Shown: positions 26,117 through 40,382 of the stretch, in pieces
Position numbering within the stretch: the stretch's first letter is position 1
How the letters are laid out: every line of letters begins with the position of its first letter
Assembly (NCBI GenBank): GCA_039621445.1
Contig: CP154954.1
Coordinates: 1,922,001-1,986,000, forward strand
From: Euglena gracilis
Taxonomy: Eukaryota
Direction: 5' to 3'
Length of the DNA: 64,000 nt
Program-made: the position numbers and the translations under genes
The notes under the pieces: generated by a model
Databases searched by the model: none
What the model was told of the DNA's origin: nothing
What the model saw: the letters and a program-made list of their open reading frames with translations, nothing else

Positions 26117-27286
26117 ATGGGTCAAAAAGTTCACCCTTTAGGGTTTAGGCTAGGTATTACTATTGAGATACAAAATATTATTTATTTCGTAATAAATATT
26201 TTATTCTATTATTAACTTGTGTTTTATCTAAAATATTTATAGTGCGATACTAAAGTTCTAAAGTTAATTTTTATAATTTTTTGGTCTTATTTACTTTAAA
26301 ATTTATAAGATAGCTTCAATTCGTTAAATATTATTTTGAGGTCGATTTTTTATATTTTTCTATTAAGTGTTGTTTTTAATGTTTATTTTTCCTTATTTAT
26401 TTTTTTTGTAGAAAAAGTTTTTATTCTTATTTTGAGGATAATTTGATTTATATTTTATTAGAATTAGAGATTTTATACCCGAGTTTTTATTTTAGCTATA
26501 TGCTTTTAATAAGCTTGTTTTGTTTTGAAAGTATTTTATTTTTAACTTTAAAAAGAGTTTTCTATTTTCTTAGTCGCATAGTTCATTTTGGTATGTGGAA
26601 AGGAGGCATTACGCTAGTTTTGTAAAAGAAGACATCGTTATCCGTAATTTTATGAATAAAGAGCTTTTAGAGACTTTAATTTCGTTGATAAAGATAGAAA
26701 GAATATATGAATTTAGTGAACAAAGAAATAACACAATAGTCTATATTCATGTTGCCAGACCAGAACGTGTAATAGGAAGAGATGGCCAGGGATTATCTCG
26801 TATTAGGGATATATTGATTGATAGGATGAATTATCTGTTGGGTAAGACTCCTCGTATTATTACTTGTAAGGTTGTAGGAGTGACCTCTCCTAATTTAGAT
26901 GCCAGACTTCTTGCCGACTCAGTTCGTCGAGAATTAGAAAAACGAACACCTTTTATAAGGGCTATGAAAACTGTAATGTTGCAAGCAATGAAGGCAGGAG
27001 CAGAGGGTATAAAGGTTCAAGTTTCTGGACGTTTAAATGGTATAGAAATTGCTAGGACGGAATGGTTTAGGGAAGGAAGAGTTCCTCTTCATACTTTGAG
27101 GGCAGATATAGATTATTTTAATGATATAGCTCATAAGATATTTCTTTTATTTTTATAAAATTTAGTATAATTTTATAAATTTTTCTTTATTTTTTATTTT
27201 TTTGTTTTATTTTAAATAAATTTTATTAATTTTATAATACGATTTATGGAGTTTTAGGGATAAAGGTTTGGGTATATAAAGTTTAG
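26117..27286 (+). CDS. rps3: 30S ribosomal protein S3, 3 exons
   Basis: MGQKVHPLGFRLGIT / ...GIKVQVSGRLNGIEIARTE...GRVPLHTLRADIDY / TIYGVLGIKVWVYKV*. Confidence 0.96.
26163..26571 (+). other. rps3: rps3 intron 1 (409 nt): group II intron nested in a group III intron (mixed twintron)
   Basis: Outer start TTGAG (NUNNG), inner GTGCG at 26242; matches the known E. gracilis rps3 twintron. Confidence 0.85.
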
Positions 27287-27394
27287 CGTCTTTTAATTTT
27301 TTTTTTTATTGATATTTATATTATTTTTATTTTTCGCTATATTGTAAAACATTTTGTTTTCTTTTTTTTATAGATTTAATTGGAACTTTATTAA

Positions 27395-30113
27395 ATGGAA
27401 TTTTTTGCGTCATTAATTTTGTATTATTTTAAAATATTTTTTATGAAAAATTCCTTCTTTATAATCCTTCAATATTTTAAAGATCAAATTTAATTTTATA
27501 AAATTTAACTTTTTTCTAAATTTTGGAATTTTTATTTATTTTTACTTGTTAAAATAACAATAATATACAGTATTAACTGAAATTGTTATTAATAAATCAT
27601 TTATATTCTAATAAAAGCATGCATTATTAGTATTATTAGTAATACCTGAACGAAACATGTATATTTTATATTCATTTATTGAAAAGCTGTACTATATGAA
27701 AATATTTTTTACAGTTTGTGAACAAATTTTTAATTAAAAGTTTTAGTTCATTAGTTTACGAATTTGCATCATTTTTTGTAAAAATTTTATTTTATTTTTA
27801 TTATTTATACTTATTTGATTATTTTTATGAGGTTTTAAAACAGCACTTTTTTTGATAATACTGTTTCCTTAACACAACATAAAATTTATTTAGCATCTAA
27901 AAAATCAGATATATTTTTGGTTAAAAACAAACAACGGCGTTTTTTTAAAAGTTTTTATGCTCATATTTTTTCTGTTCGTAATTGCTTTGAAAAATTTCCT
28001 TCTTTACAATCGTATTTTTATTCTTCTAAGGATAAATTTTTTCTAGTATCACTTTTATCTTCGAAAAGAAATTTATTTCTCCATGGTTTTTTTTATAACA
28101 TTAAAAACGCGTTTTTGTTTTATTCTTATGATTTTTTTCTTCTATATAAATTATCTTTTAGTCTTTTGTTAACAAGTACTCTTTTACCTTATATTAATGA
28201 TATTAATCCTTGTTTTATAAAAGATTATTATTTTTTTGTTGAAGGCAACTTTTTTGATTTTGAACAAATTTTAATAGATGTTTTTAAGTACTCTTATTAT
28301 TTTAAGGTCGAAAATTTTAAGTTTTTATATTTTGCTCGTTTTTCTTGGATTTATAAAAATTTTCCTTTGGATGTAAATTTTTTAAAAAATTTTTTAGACC
28401 GTAAAAATTTGGTTTTTTTTAAGTCACTTTTTTTAATAATTTTTAATTTTATATTTAATGGATTGTTGCGAATTACTATTTAATGTGTTTTTTGAGAATT
28501 CTTAAACTTGTATTTTTAATAAAGTTATTCATTAGAAATAGAATTTTTTTTGCAGGTATTAAATTTTTGTATTATTAAATCATTAATTTTTTAATGAATT
28601 ATCAATTTCTTCAAGATTTGTATAATAAAAAAAGAATATTTTTGTTAATAAGTAATTACGTAATCACCTTTTTTCGTTTTTGTAGTGAACTATAATGCTG
28701 TATTCTAAAATTGATTTTGTAGCTTTTTTTTAAAGCTATGTAATTTTTACGCATGGTTTATATACAAATATATTTATATTTAGTTTTTTAATTTTTTTTT
28801 TCAAGAAGTGCGTATTGTTTGCTTTTTAAAAGTTTTATTTAAAAACTTAATATTTTCGTTTCTTTCATAGGTTCTTTTTTATAAATTATTTTCAATTATT
28901 CAAAATAAAAATTACATAAGAAATAATTTGGAAAAATTTTCAGAAATTTTTGTTCTGAGTTTAATTGAAAAATCTGAATTTAAAAGTTTAAAATTTATTC
29001 ATTTAAAAATAAGTTCTATTAAAAATTTTAACTAAAAAAAACAATAAAAGTTAATTCTATTGATTTAATCAAAATTAGACGTTTAGGATTATTCTACGCA
29101 ATTTTTATTGTAATTTTTCCATTTGAAATTATGTTTCTAAAAATGAAATTTTTATATCTTGAACTTATTGTTTCAGATAAAAAGCCTATTACAATTTGAT
29201 TTGTATGATTAGGTTTGTTAAAAAACTTGTTAAAAGTCTATTTAAAAATTTTTTTATTAGTTATAAAGTTTATTATTTGTTTTATATAGATAAATTTTAT
29301 TTTTTTTTTAAGTTTCCTTATGATTTTTTTATTTGTAAAAAAATTATTATATCTTTTTTTAGTCTTCGAGGGATTATTTTGAATATTAATATTAATTCTT
29401 TTTATAGATTTGAGACGTTTGTATTTAATTTTTTTATTTTCGATTTTTTAAGATTTGGTTCAAATATTTTATTGCATATTAATAAAAAACATATACAATT
29501 TTATAAACTAAGTTTAAAAATGATTGTAAAAATGTTTTTAAAAAAAAGTGTATTTTTTTTAGTAAATTTATTGAATAAAAAAATTTTAGATTGTTTAAAC
29601 AGAGGTTTTTTTTGTTTTAATAACAATTTTCTATTTTTAGAATTAGATCTTTATCTTTACCGATTATTGTGGAGATATATAAAAAAACTTCATTCTAGAA
29701 AAACTAGAACTTGGATTTACTCTAAATATTGGAAATTTTTTTCAGGAATTTGGAGATTTTTCATTACTGATATAAAAACAGGAAATTTTTTATTTTTAAA
29801 GTCTCATTTGTATTCTTCGAAATATTTTTATAGTTATAGAAATATGAAATTTAAAATATCTAATACTTTAAATATATTCAACTTATATAATAAAGGAAAA
29901 TTAGAACGTATGATATTTGAAAAGTTCAAATATAAATTTTCACCTAATTTTATTGTCTTATATAATAATCAGAGGGGACTATGTTTCTTTTGTAAAAAAT
30001 CGATTTATTCGAATCGTTTTGTAATTTTGAACATAAAAAAGTGGAACTTTAGTTTCTTTGAAAATTTGATTTTAATTCATTTTTATTGTAATAATTTTAA
30101 TCAGTTGCAATGA
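27395..30113 (+). CDS. roaA: RoaA, ribosomal operon-associated maturase-like protein, multi-exon (start approximate)
   Basis: Lies between rps3 and rpl16; ORFs 27917-28483 and 29196-30113. LWRYIKKLHSRKTRTWIYSKYW resembles maturase domain X; QRGLCFFCK...NLILIHFYC is HNH/Zn-like. Confidence 0.83.
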
Positions 30114-30169
30114 ATTTACCTAATTTAGAAATTTATTATCTTTTATTTTCGTTGTTTTTATAGTCTTAT

Positions 30170-31232
30170 ATGTTAAGTCCTAAGCGAACGAAGTTTCGTA
30201 AATATCATAGAGGTAGATTAACAGGTAAAATCTATATGAGACTTTTTTTATGTAAAAAATAAAATTTTTATTGCGTTTTACCACGATAGTTATTTTATTC
30301 GATTTGATTTAAGTGAAATTTTTTATTTAATTGATAAAGTTGTTTTTGGTAATTATGCTTGTGCGATCTAAATAATTTAAAAAATTAATTATGAGTAAAT
30401 TTAATTATTTTTTGTTTAAGTTTTAAATTATTGTAATTAAATATCTTTAATAGCATTTTATTCTTAACGTAATAAATGTTTAATAATTTTAAATTTTAAG
30501 TATTAAATATTTTTTTGAGCTAATAAAAATTAAAATAATAAAAAATACATTTAATCTTTACTAAAATTAAGTAGATTATTATTAAAATTTTTTATTTTAT
30601 ATTATGATATACAATTTGATTTTGTACTTATTTTACTTTTTTTAAATTTATTAATTAAAAGCCAAATGCATTACATTTTGCTTGTTTGGATTTTTTAAGG
30701 CATATTGTACTTGTTTTACAATCATTAGAGCCTGGTTGGATAACTTCACGTCAAATTGAAGCTGCTTTGTGGTTTTTTGTGATTTCTAATAAATTTATAT
30801 AGATTTTTTGCTTTCAAAGTTATTTAATAAATTTTTATTGTTTATAAACTTTTTTGGTTTTCGATAAAAAAGGTTTTTTAACTTATTTACTTATAAGATG
30901 ATTTTTCTTAATTGTTTTATTTTAAATAAATTTTTACTGTTTTCTTTTCTAAAAAAAAATTTTTTTATTTAATTCGTAGAGTTATTACAAGATATGCAAA
31001 ACGTGGGGGCAAACTTTGGATAAGAATTTTTCCCGATAAGCCTGTAACATTTCGAGCAGCCGAAACTCGCATGGGTTCAGGGAAAGGAAATGTAGAATAT
31101 TGGGTTGCAATTGTAAAACCTGGAAAAATTCTTTACGAAGTATTGGGTATTTCAGAATCCATTGCAAAGTATTCTTTAAAAATAGCAGGATATAAAATGC
31201 CTATTAAAACTCGTGTTATTGTTAAAATTTAA
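30170..31232 (+). CDS. rpl16: 50S ribosomal protein L16, 3 introns (intron 3, 30767-30974, 208 nt, group III twintron-sized)
   Basis: [29 protein letters not shown] / RRVITR...IFPDKPVT...RMGSGKG. Confidence 0.95.
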
Positions 31233-31327
31233 AACTGTTTAATGCTAATTGTTTTTGTTAATAATATTTTTGGTAAAATTCTTATTTTGGTAGTTCTTCG
31301 TTCTTTATAATTTATTTTTTAGTTTAG

Positions 31328-31921
31328 ATGATTAAACCACAAACATATTTGAAAATTGCGGATAATACTGGAGCACAAAAAATTATGTGTATTCGTATAT
31401 TAGGACCAAATTGTCAGTATGCGAATATTGGTGATATAATAATAGCGGTTGTAAAATTGTGTATTAGAGTTAATAATTTATATATCTTTTTATGTTTTTA
31501 TTATTTTATTATTCTTTTATATTGATATTGTTTATAAATTTATAAAGATTTTATCTATTTTAAAGAAGCTATTCCTAACATGGTTGTTAAAAAATCAGAT
31601 ATTGTTAAAGCTGTTATTGTTAGAACTGTTAAAGGAGTACGTAGAGAAAGTGGAATGGCAATTCGTTTTGACGAAAATGCTGCTGTCATAATTAATAATG
31701 ATCGTTCACCTAAAGGTACAAGAATTTTCGGCCCCATTGCTCGCGAATTGCGAGAAAAGGAATTCGTAAAAATAATGTCCTTAGCGCCAGAGGTTGTGTG
31801 ATACAATAAAGACTTCTCATAATAAGTTGTTTTTCATTTTTAGCGTATATCTATATTTTCTTAATTTTTTGTATGTGTGTTTTTTTATTATAAATTTTAC
31901 TTTTATCATTCCTATTTATAG
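31328..31921 (+). CDS. rpl14: 50S ribosomal protein L14, two group III-type introns
   Basis: [16 protein letters not shown] / EAIPNM...[11 protein letters not shown]...[13 protein letters not shown]...SLAPEV / L*. Confidence 0.94.
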
Positions 31922-31984
31922 TTCCAAAATATTTTTATTAAAATTTAGTGTAGTAGTAATATTTAAAAAGGATTTTATAAAAAA

Positions 31985-32524
31985 ATGCAAAGATTAAAAT
32001 CGTTTTATTTAGAAACTATCATTCCCAAACTTAAAGAAGAATTTGGTTATGTTAATTCTTATAGGGTTCCTAAATTAAAAAAGATTGTTATAAATCGAGG
32101 ATTTGATGAATCTTGTCAAAATTCAAAAATTTTGGAAGTTTTATTAAATGAATTAGAAATTATTTCTGGTCAAAAGCCTATTATAAGTAAGGCGAAAAAA
32201 GCTATTGCTAACTTTAAACTTAAAGAAAAGATGCCTGTTGGTATGTTTTTGACTTTGCGTAGTGAAAAGATGTACAGTTTTTTAGACCGGTTAATTAATC
32301 TATCTTTACCTAGAATTAGAGATTTTCAAGGAATAAACAAGAATTGTTTTGATGGATCAGGTAACTTTAGTTTTGGGTTAAGTGAACAATCAATGTTCCC
32401 TGAAATTAACTTTGATAAAATGATTAAAGTACAAGGTTTGAATATAACAATCGTTACAACTGCTGAAACGAATCAAGAAGCTTTCTTTCTTTTAAAAGAA
32501 TTAGGTATCCCGTTCCGAGATTAA
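31985..32524 (+). CDS. rpl5: 50S ribosomal protein L5
   Basis: VPKLKKIVIN, ISGQKP, LPRIRDFQG and FDGSGNFSFG. Confidence 0.97.
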   Translation: MQRLKSFYLETIIPKLKEEFGYVNSYRVPKLKKIVINRGFDESCQNSKILEVLLNELEIISGQKPIISKAKKAIANFKLKEKMPVGMFLTLRSEKMYSFLDRLINLSLPRIRDFQGINKNCFDGSGNFSFGLSEQSMFPEINFDKMIKVQGLNITIVTTAETNQEAFFLLKELGIPFRD

Positions 32525-32608
32525 TTTTTATACTTTTTTTTACGTGTTAAGATGTACAAAATCTATTTTTTATTAATAGTAATTTTATTGTTTTATTTTT
32601 AGAATTTT

Positions 32609-33730
32609 ATGACAAATATTGATTTGCGAGTTTAAGTGTAATAATATATTATTAATAATTTTTTATATTTATTATCTATATATATGTTGAAATTCGGTAA
32701 ATAAGAGCATTATTAAATATTTTGATAGTAGTATTTTTCTTTAACAAACCGTTTATTATTGTTTTGTAAAATTTATTCATTAGTTGGGAGATCACTTATT
32801 TTTATTACTATATTAATATTACATAATTAAATTAGTTAAATATTAGTAAATCTTGAAATATTTAAATTTTATTTTTCAAAACTTTATGATTAATGGTTTC
32901 CTGTAGAGTTTGTTAATAAATTGTTTTAAAAATTTATAATTTAATTTAATGTAATTAGGTGTGATTTTTTTTATAGAAGTATAATTAATTTTTGATTTTT
33001 ATTAATATATATACATATTTTTATTCTTTTGTTAGGTTTTATTTAGCCTTATACGATATGCTTACAAGAATAAGAAACTCTCTTTTAATAAAAGCTAGAA
33101 AAGTTAATGTTATTAATACAAAACTTACGGTAAATATAGCCGAAATTTTAAAAAAAGAAGGATTTATTGACTCTTTTGAATTGGCTGACGCTACGTGTTT
33201 AACTGAAAACGGTGTTATAAAAAAATATATTACAATCTTTTTAAAATATAAAGGTCCAAAACAAGTTTCTTATATAACTAAAATAAAACGTGTAAGCAAA
33301 CCTGGTTTGCGTACTTATAGTAGTTATAAAAGACTACAATCAGTAGCAGGTGGCGTTGGTTTAACTGTTTGTGCGATATGTTTTTTGAGTTTCATAAGAT
33401 AAAAATTATAAGCAATAATAAATTTTTTATAATGATTTCCTTTATTATAATTTAGCAAGAATTTCTATTTTTGTATTCTAATGCATGTTTTTGTGAAAAA
33501 CATAAAATTTAATTCTTATTATTCGTGAATTATTTTGAAATATTTTTTAACGTAATTTTTTGTATTATTATTATTATTTTTATTTGAGCCTTATGTTGAT
33601 TATTAACTTGTATTGTTCTTAAAGAAATTTTAAAATTTAATTTTGCATGTCTACTTCTAAAGGATTAATGACTGATCGATTGGCTAGATCTAATAAAATT
33701 GGTGGGGAGATTCTGTTTTATATTTGGTAA
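32609..33730 (+). CDS. rps8: 30S ribosomal protein S8, copy 2
   Basis: Same exons as 21457-22579, inverted. Confidence 0.94.
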
Positions 33731-33813
33731 ATAAACTAAAATTACCTCTTTTGTTTTATTATTTTTTATTAAAAAGTTGTTTGATAATTTTTGTTTAATT
33801 AGACTTAATTTTT

Positions 33814-33927
33814 ATGAAAATACGTTCTTCTGTTAAAAAAATTTGTAATAAATGTTATTTGATTCGTCGCAAAAACAATCTTTTAGTTGTTTGTATAAAT
33901 AACAAGCATAAACAACGACAGGGTTAA
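33814..33927 (+). CDS. rpl36: 50S ribosomal protein L36, copy 2
   Basis: [11 protein letters not shown]...HKQRQG*. Confidence 0.96.
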   Translation: MKIRSSVKKICNKCYLIRRKNNLLVVCINNKHKQRQG

Positions 33928-33955
33928 ACTTGTTTTGCGTCTATAATTTGTAGGC

Positions 33956-34039
33956 GCATTTATGGCAGAGTGGACGATAGCACGGGACTCATAATCTCGC
34001 TCCGGAAGGACGTCGCTGGTTCGAATCCAGCTGAATGCA
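33956..34039 (+). tRNA. trnI: trnI(CAU), copy 2
   Basis: Cloverleaf with CAT anticodon and 15-nt variable region. Confidence 0.85.
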
Positions 34040-34078
34040 TCTTATTCGAGCATTATTTAACCTAAAAATTTTTTATTT

Positions 34079-34487
34079 ATGTCAAAAAAAAGTCTTATAG
34101 CAAGACAGAGAAAACGAATAATATTAGTATTAATACATTCCCATAACCGTTATGTATACAGGACAAATGGAAAAGACGAAAAATCTTTTGAGAAAAAATT
34201 GCGGATTTACTCTTTTTTGCAAAAATTACCTAGAAATAGTTTGCGTTGCCGATTAATTTGATTTTCTATTTGTCATTCAAATTTTATAGCTGTTAATAAT
34301 TTGAAAAATTTATAAAATTTTTATATTTATTTTTTTGAGTATTTTTATTTGTTAACTCTTTCGAAATCGTTGTTACGTAACAGGGAGATCACGTGGATAT
34401 TTTAGGACTTTTGGATTATCACGACATATTCTTCGAGATATGGCTCATTATGGTTTACTTCCAGGTGTAACCAAAGCGAGTTGGTAA
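34079..34487 (+). CDS. rps14: 30S ribosomal protein S14, copy 2
   Basis: As copy 1. Confidence 0.94.
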
Positions 34488-34539
34488 ACTTAAATTTACT
34501 TATAATAATATAAGTATAAATTAATTTATAATAATAATA

Positions 34540-34612
34540 GCTGGGATAGCTCAGTTGGTAGAGCGGAGGACTGAAAATCCTTGTGTCACCAGTTCAAATC
34601 TGGTTCCTAGCA
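34540..34612 (+). tRNA. trnF: tRNA-Phe(GAA), copy 2
   Basis: Cloverleaf, GAA anticodon. Confidence 0.96.
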
Positions 34613-34613
34613 T

Positions 34614-34685
34614 GGCGGCATGGCCAAGCGGTAAGGCAGAAGATTGCAAATCTTTTATTCCCCAGTTCGATTCTGGGTGTCGTCT
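34614..34685 (+). tRNA. trnC: tRNA-Cys(GCA), copy 2
   Basis: Cloverleaf, GCA anticodon. Confidence 0.95.
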
Positions 34686-34855
34686 TTAAGAGAATTGAAG
34701 AAACAATAAAACAAAAAATACATAGATGATTCCGGTATTTACTTCTTAAAATAATAAAGAAAATTTTTTTTTATGAAATATTTTTATATATCTTTTATAA
34801 CTATTATTTTCTTTATATGTATGTTACGCTACTCGTTTTTTAAATTTAATTAAAT

Positions 34856-36280
34856 ATGATTACTGTAGAAAAAATGCTTAATTCTAGTGTTCATCTTGGT
34901 CATAAGGTTAAACAATGGAATCCAAGAATGAGAATTTATATTTATGGAGAACGCAAAGGTCTTCATATTATCGATTTGTTACAGACTATAGTTTGTTTAA
35001 AAAAAGCTTGCAATTTCCTTATACGTTCTGTACGTAAAGGTAAAAGTTGTGACTTTTTATGAAAACCAATCTGTTAGATTTTAGCATTTTTTAAAAAGCT
35101 TTATAAATTTTTTATGAATATTTATTAGAAAAATTTTTAATCTTAATGGCTCTTTTTGTTTGTACAAAACGCTTTTTTTCTATTTTAACACAAAAAATCG
35201 CTTTAAAATGTAATTCTTTTTTTGTAACAAAACGTTGGTTGGGCGGTATATTGACAAATTGGATAACAATTAAAAATTGCATAAATAAATTAAAGCAATT
35301 TTTTGATAATAAAAATTATAAATTTTATTTATAACTAAATTACATTTAATTATAAAATTAAGAATAATTTTGGGATTATTTTATTTTTGTTGCAATAAAA
35401 TTTTATGCTAAAATCAAAACAAAAAGAAAAGCATCACAACTTATTAACAAAAAAAGAACGTTTAGTACTAAAAAAAAAAAAATTAAATGTGACTCAATTT
35501 TTATTTTTTAACTAAATTTTAAAATTTTTATAAATATATTTATTTTCAAACTAGATAATTAATCGAAAGAATATTCTATTTAATTAGCTTAAAAAATATT
35601 TTTCCGGTATGAGAGATATGACTGAACGTCCTGAAATTGTTATTATAATAGGACAAAACAAGGAGATAAATGCTGTACGTGAATGTAAAAAGTTAGGTAT
35701 TGCTAGTATAACTATAGTGCGTTATTCATGTTTTAAGTATCTCTTTTTTCCATAGTAGAATTTTTTTTATTAAAGAATAAAAAATTTATAAAATGAAAAT
35801 TCTTTAAAAATAATTATTAGAATTAATTATTAAATAATTACAATTAAATTTGAATGAATATAGTAACAAATTATTTCTCGATATTTTATTTTGTTATTTA
35901 GTAATATAGTTTTTAATATAACAATAAACTACCTTTGAGGTTTATGAATAATTTTTAAAAATTAAATAATGAAAAAGTTTTGTTTTTTTGTAACAAGTTT
36001 TAATAACTTTAAATAAATAATTATTCAAAGCTGTATGAAACTTTAAATCGTTTTCTTGTTCAGTTTGATGAAGCGTATTAATTTTTAAATTAAATGCGTA
36101 TTTTATTTAGATACCAATTGTGACCCCACACTTACTAAATATCCTATTCCTTCAAATGATGATTCTATTCTTTCTGTTTCTTTAATTTTGAGTGTTCTTT
36201 GTAATTCCATAAATCGGGGCGTTAACAACAAAGTAAGACAAAAATTTGATAAGTATAAAAAATTCAAAAAACTTTCTTAA
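34856..36280 (+). CDS. rps2: 30S ribosomal protein S2, copy 2
   Basis: As copy 1; ends KKFKKLS*. Confidence 0.94.
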
Positions 36281-36322
36281 AGGTTTCAGTGACTTTCATA
36301 ATAATTTTTTATTTTTCGAGAA

Positions 36323-37936
36323 ATGAAGATTGTTTTATTATATTATTTTTGTGATTTCAATCCCTTTCATATGAAGTTTGTTTTAATTATATTTTTTAAT
36401 TTTTTGAATTTTTAAGACTTCTTCTTTTAGTTAAAACTTTTTTAAAAAATTTTTTCTGTAAACATGTTTATTTCGGGCATTTTTCTGTTGATTTTAAAAA
36501 TTAAACATTCTTTTAACAATAAAAATTTTTTCGGATTTTTTATAAATATAAATATTTTGATTAAATACTTCCTAAGAAAATTTTAACTTTTAAAAATTGC
36601 TAATGTTTTGCGATTTAAATAATTTTCATTTAAAAGTTCAGATGTAGAAACTTTAATTCAAATTTATTGCTATTTATAAGAATATTTAAAAATATTTTAT
36701 TATTTTTAAGAAGTTGGGCAACACTTTTATTGGTCAATTTTAGGTTTTCAAATTCACGGGCAAGTATTAATTAATTCTTGGATTGTTATATTAATAATAG
36801 GTTTTTTAAGTATTTATACTACAAAAAATCTTACTTTAGTACCAGCAAACAAACAAATTTTTATAGAACTTGTCACAGAATTTATAACAGACATTTCAAA
36901 AACTCAAATAGGTGAAAAAGAATATTCAAAATGGGTTCCTTATATTGGAACTATGTTTTTATTTATCTTTGTGTCAAATTGGTCAGGGGCACTAATTCCT
37001 TGGAAAATTATTGAACTTCCAAATGGAGAGTTGGGAGCACCTACAAATGATATGTGCGTTTTGAATTTATCATAAAAAGTTTATTCAAAATGGTTTATAA
37101 AGCAATGGAATTAATAAAGTAATTTTATTTGTCTGAAACTCTAAAATTTGGTTAATTTATTAAATATTTGCAATAAAATATCCTTTTTTTTTTTAACATT
37201 TATAGTTGATAAAGATTTCTGATAAAACAAATATGTATTTATTAATTTTATTATTTATTTATAGATAAGACTCAACATTTATTAAAGTGTAGTTGTTAGA
37301 TCTTTTTTTTATAATTGTAAGTTATATACGTTTTGTAATGTAGGTATAAATTTTAAGAGGATGTTTTCTATCTATTTAATACTACGGCAGGACTTGCTAT
37401 ATTGACATCTTTAGCGTATTTTTATGCTGGACTTAACAAAAAAGGTTTTGTCGTATATTTTATTAAAGAATTTTAAATTTACTAAGCTTACTTTAATTTA
37501 TATAAATTTTATAGTTTTTTTATTAATTACTTAATAAAGAATTTAAATTCTATTAAACTTAACATATTTTAAAAAATATGTTCAACCTACTCCAATTTTA
37601 TTGCCCATTAATATTTGGAGGATTTTACTAAACCTCTTTCCTTAAGTTTCAGACTTTTTGGTAATATTTTAGCAGATGAATTAGTAGTAGCGGTATTGGT
37701 TTCTTTGGTACCGCTAATTGTTCCTGTTCCTTTAATTTTTTTAGGTTTATTTACTAGTGGTATTCAAGCTTTAATTTTTGCAACTTTGTCTGGATCAACG
37801 CGATTTCCCATTTATTAAAATTTGTATTTTTTATAATGACAATTATAGAACTAATTAATACTATTATTTTTTTTAGTTTATGAAGGATTATTTTTATCTA
37901 AATTATATCGGTGAAGCAATGGAAGGTCATCATTAA
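36323..37936 (+). CDS. atpI: ATP synthase CF0 subunit IV, copy 2 (1-nt deletion ~37614)
   Basis: As copy 1; AATATTTGGAG here versus AATATTTTGGAG in the other copies. Confidence 0.92.
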
Positions 37937-38050
37937 TAGTAAGTGATATTAAGTAACATTTTATTACCCAAGTATTAATTTTTAATATTCAATCCTTTAT
38001 TCTTTAATTTAATTAAATTAAAAGTTCAAAATTTAACTTTTAAGCAATAA

Positions 38051-38314
<264 letters not shown>

Positions 38315-38326
38315 TTTTAATAATTA

Positions 38327-38611
<285 letters not shown>

Positions 38612-38725
38612 TTATTGCTTAAAAGTTAAATTTTGAACTTTTAATTTAATTAAATTAAAGAATAAAGGATTGAATATTAAAAATTAATACTTGGGTAATA
38701 AAATGTTACTTAATATCACTTACTA

Positions 38726-40340
38726 TTAATGATGACCTTCCATTGCTTCACCGATATAATTTAGATAAAAATAATCCTTCATAAACTAAAAAAAATAATA
38801 GTATTAATTAGTTCTATAATTGTCATTATAAAAAATACAAATTTTAATAAATGGGAAATCGCGTTGATCCAGACAAAGTTGCAAAAATTAAAGCTTGAAT
38901 ACCACTAGTAAATAAACCTAAAAAAATTAAAGGAACAGGAACAATTAGCGGTACCAAAGAAACCAATACCGCTACTACTAATTCATCTGCTAAAATATTA
39001 CCAAAAAGTCTGAAACTTAAGGAAAGAGGTTTAGTAAAATCCTCCAAAATATTAATGGGCAATAAAATTGGAGTAGGTTGAACATATTTTTTAAAATATG
39101 TTAAGTTTAATAGAATTTAAATTCTTTATTAAGTAATTAATAAAAAAAACTATAAAATTTATATAAATTAAAGTAAGCTTAGTAAATTTAAAATTCTTTA
39201 ATAAAATATACGACAAAACCTTTTTTGTTAAGTCCAGCATAAAAATACGCTAAAGATGTCAATATAGCAAGTCCTGCCGTAGTATTAAATAGATAGAAAA
39301 CATCCTCTTAAAATTTATACCTACATTACAAAACGTATATAACTTACAATTATAAAAAAAAGATCTAACAACTACACTTTAATAAATGTTGAGTCTTATC
39401 TATAAATAAATAATAAAATTAATAAATACATATTTGTTTTATCAGAAATCTTTATCAACTATAAATGTTAAAAAAAAAAGGATATTTTATTGCAAATATT
39501 TAATAAATTAACCAAATTTTAGAGTTTCAGACAAATAAAATTACTTTATTAATTCCATTGCTTTATAAACCATTTTGAATAAACTTTTTATGATAAATTC
39601 AAAACGCACATATCATTTGTAGGTGCTCCCAACTCTCCATTTGGAAGTTCAATAATTTTCCAAGGAATTAGTGCCCCTGACCAATTTGACACAAAGATAA
39701 ATAAAAACATAGTTCCAATATAAGGAACCCATTTTGAATATTCTTTTTCACCTATTTGAGTTTTTGAAATGTCTGTTATAAATTCTGTGACAAGTTCTAT
39801 AAAAATTTGTTTGTTTGCTGGTACTAAAGTAAGATTTTTTGTAGTATAAATACTTAAAAAACCTATTATTAATATAACAATCCAAGAATTAATTAATACT
39901 TGCCCGTGAATTTGAAAACCTAAAATTGACCAATAAAAGTGTTGCCCAACTTCTTAAAAATAATAAAATATTTTTAAATATTCTTATAAATAGCAATAAA
40001 TTTGAATTAAAGTTTCTACATCTGAACTTTTAAATGAAAATTATTTAAATCGCAAAACATTAGCAATTTTTAAAAGTTAAAATTTTCTTAGGAAGTATTT
40101 AATCAAAATATTTATATTTATAAAAAATCCGAAAAAATTTTTATTGTTAAAAGAATGTTTAATTTTTAAAATCAACAGAAAAATGCCCGAAATAAACATG
40201 TTTACAGAAAAAATTTTTTAAAAAAGTTTTAACTAAAAGAAGAAGTCTTAAAAATTCAAAAAATTAAAAAATATAATTAAAACAAACTTCATATGAAAGG
40301 GATTGAAATCACAAAAATAATATAATAAAACAATCTTCAT
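38726..40340 (-). CDS. atpI: ATP synthase CF0 subunit IV, copy 3
   Basis: Mirror of 36323-37936. Confidence 0.93.
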
Positions 40341-40382
40341 TTCTCGAAAAATAAAAAATTATTATGAAAGTCACTGAAACCT

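Noticed and set aside
30985-31806. Antisense ORFs over rpl16 and rpl14 (also 4187-4423 and 11840-12046)
   Set aside because: Shadow ORFs of conserved genes with no independent coding signal
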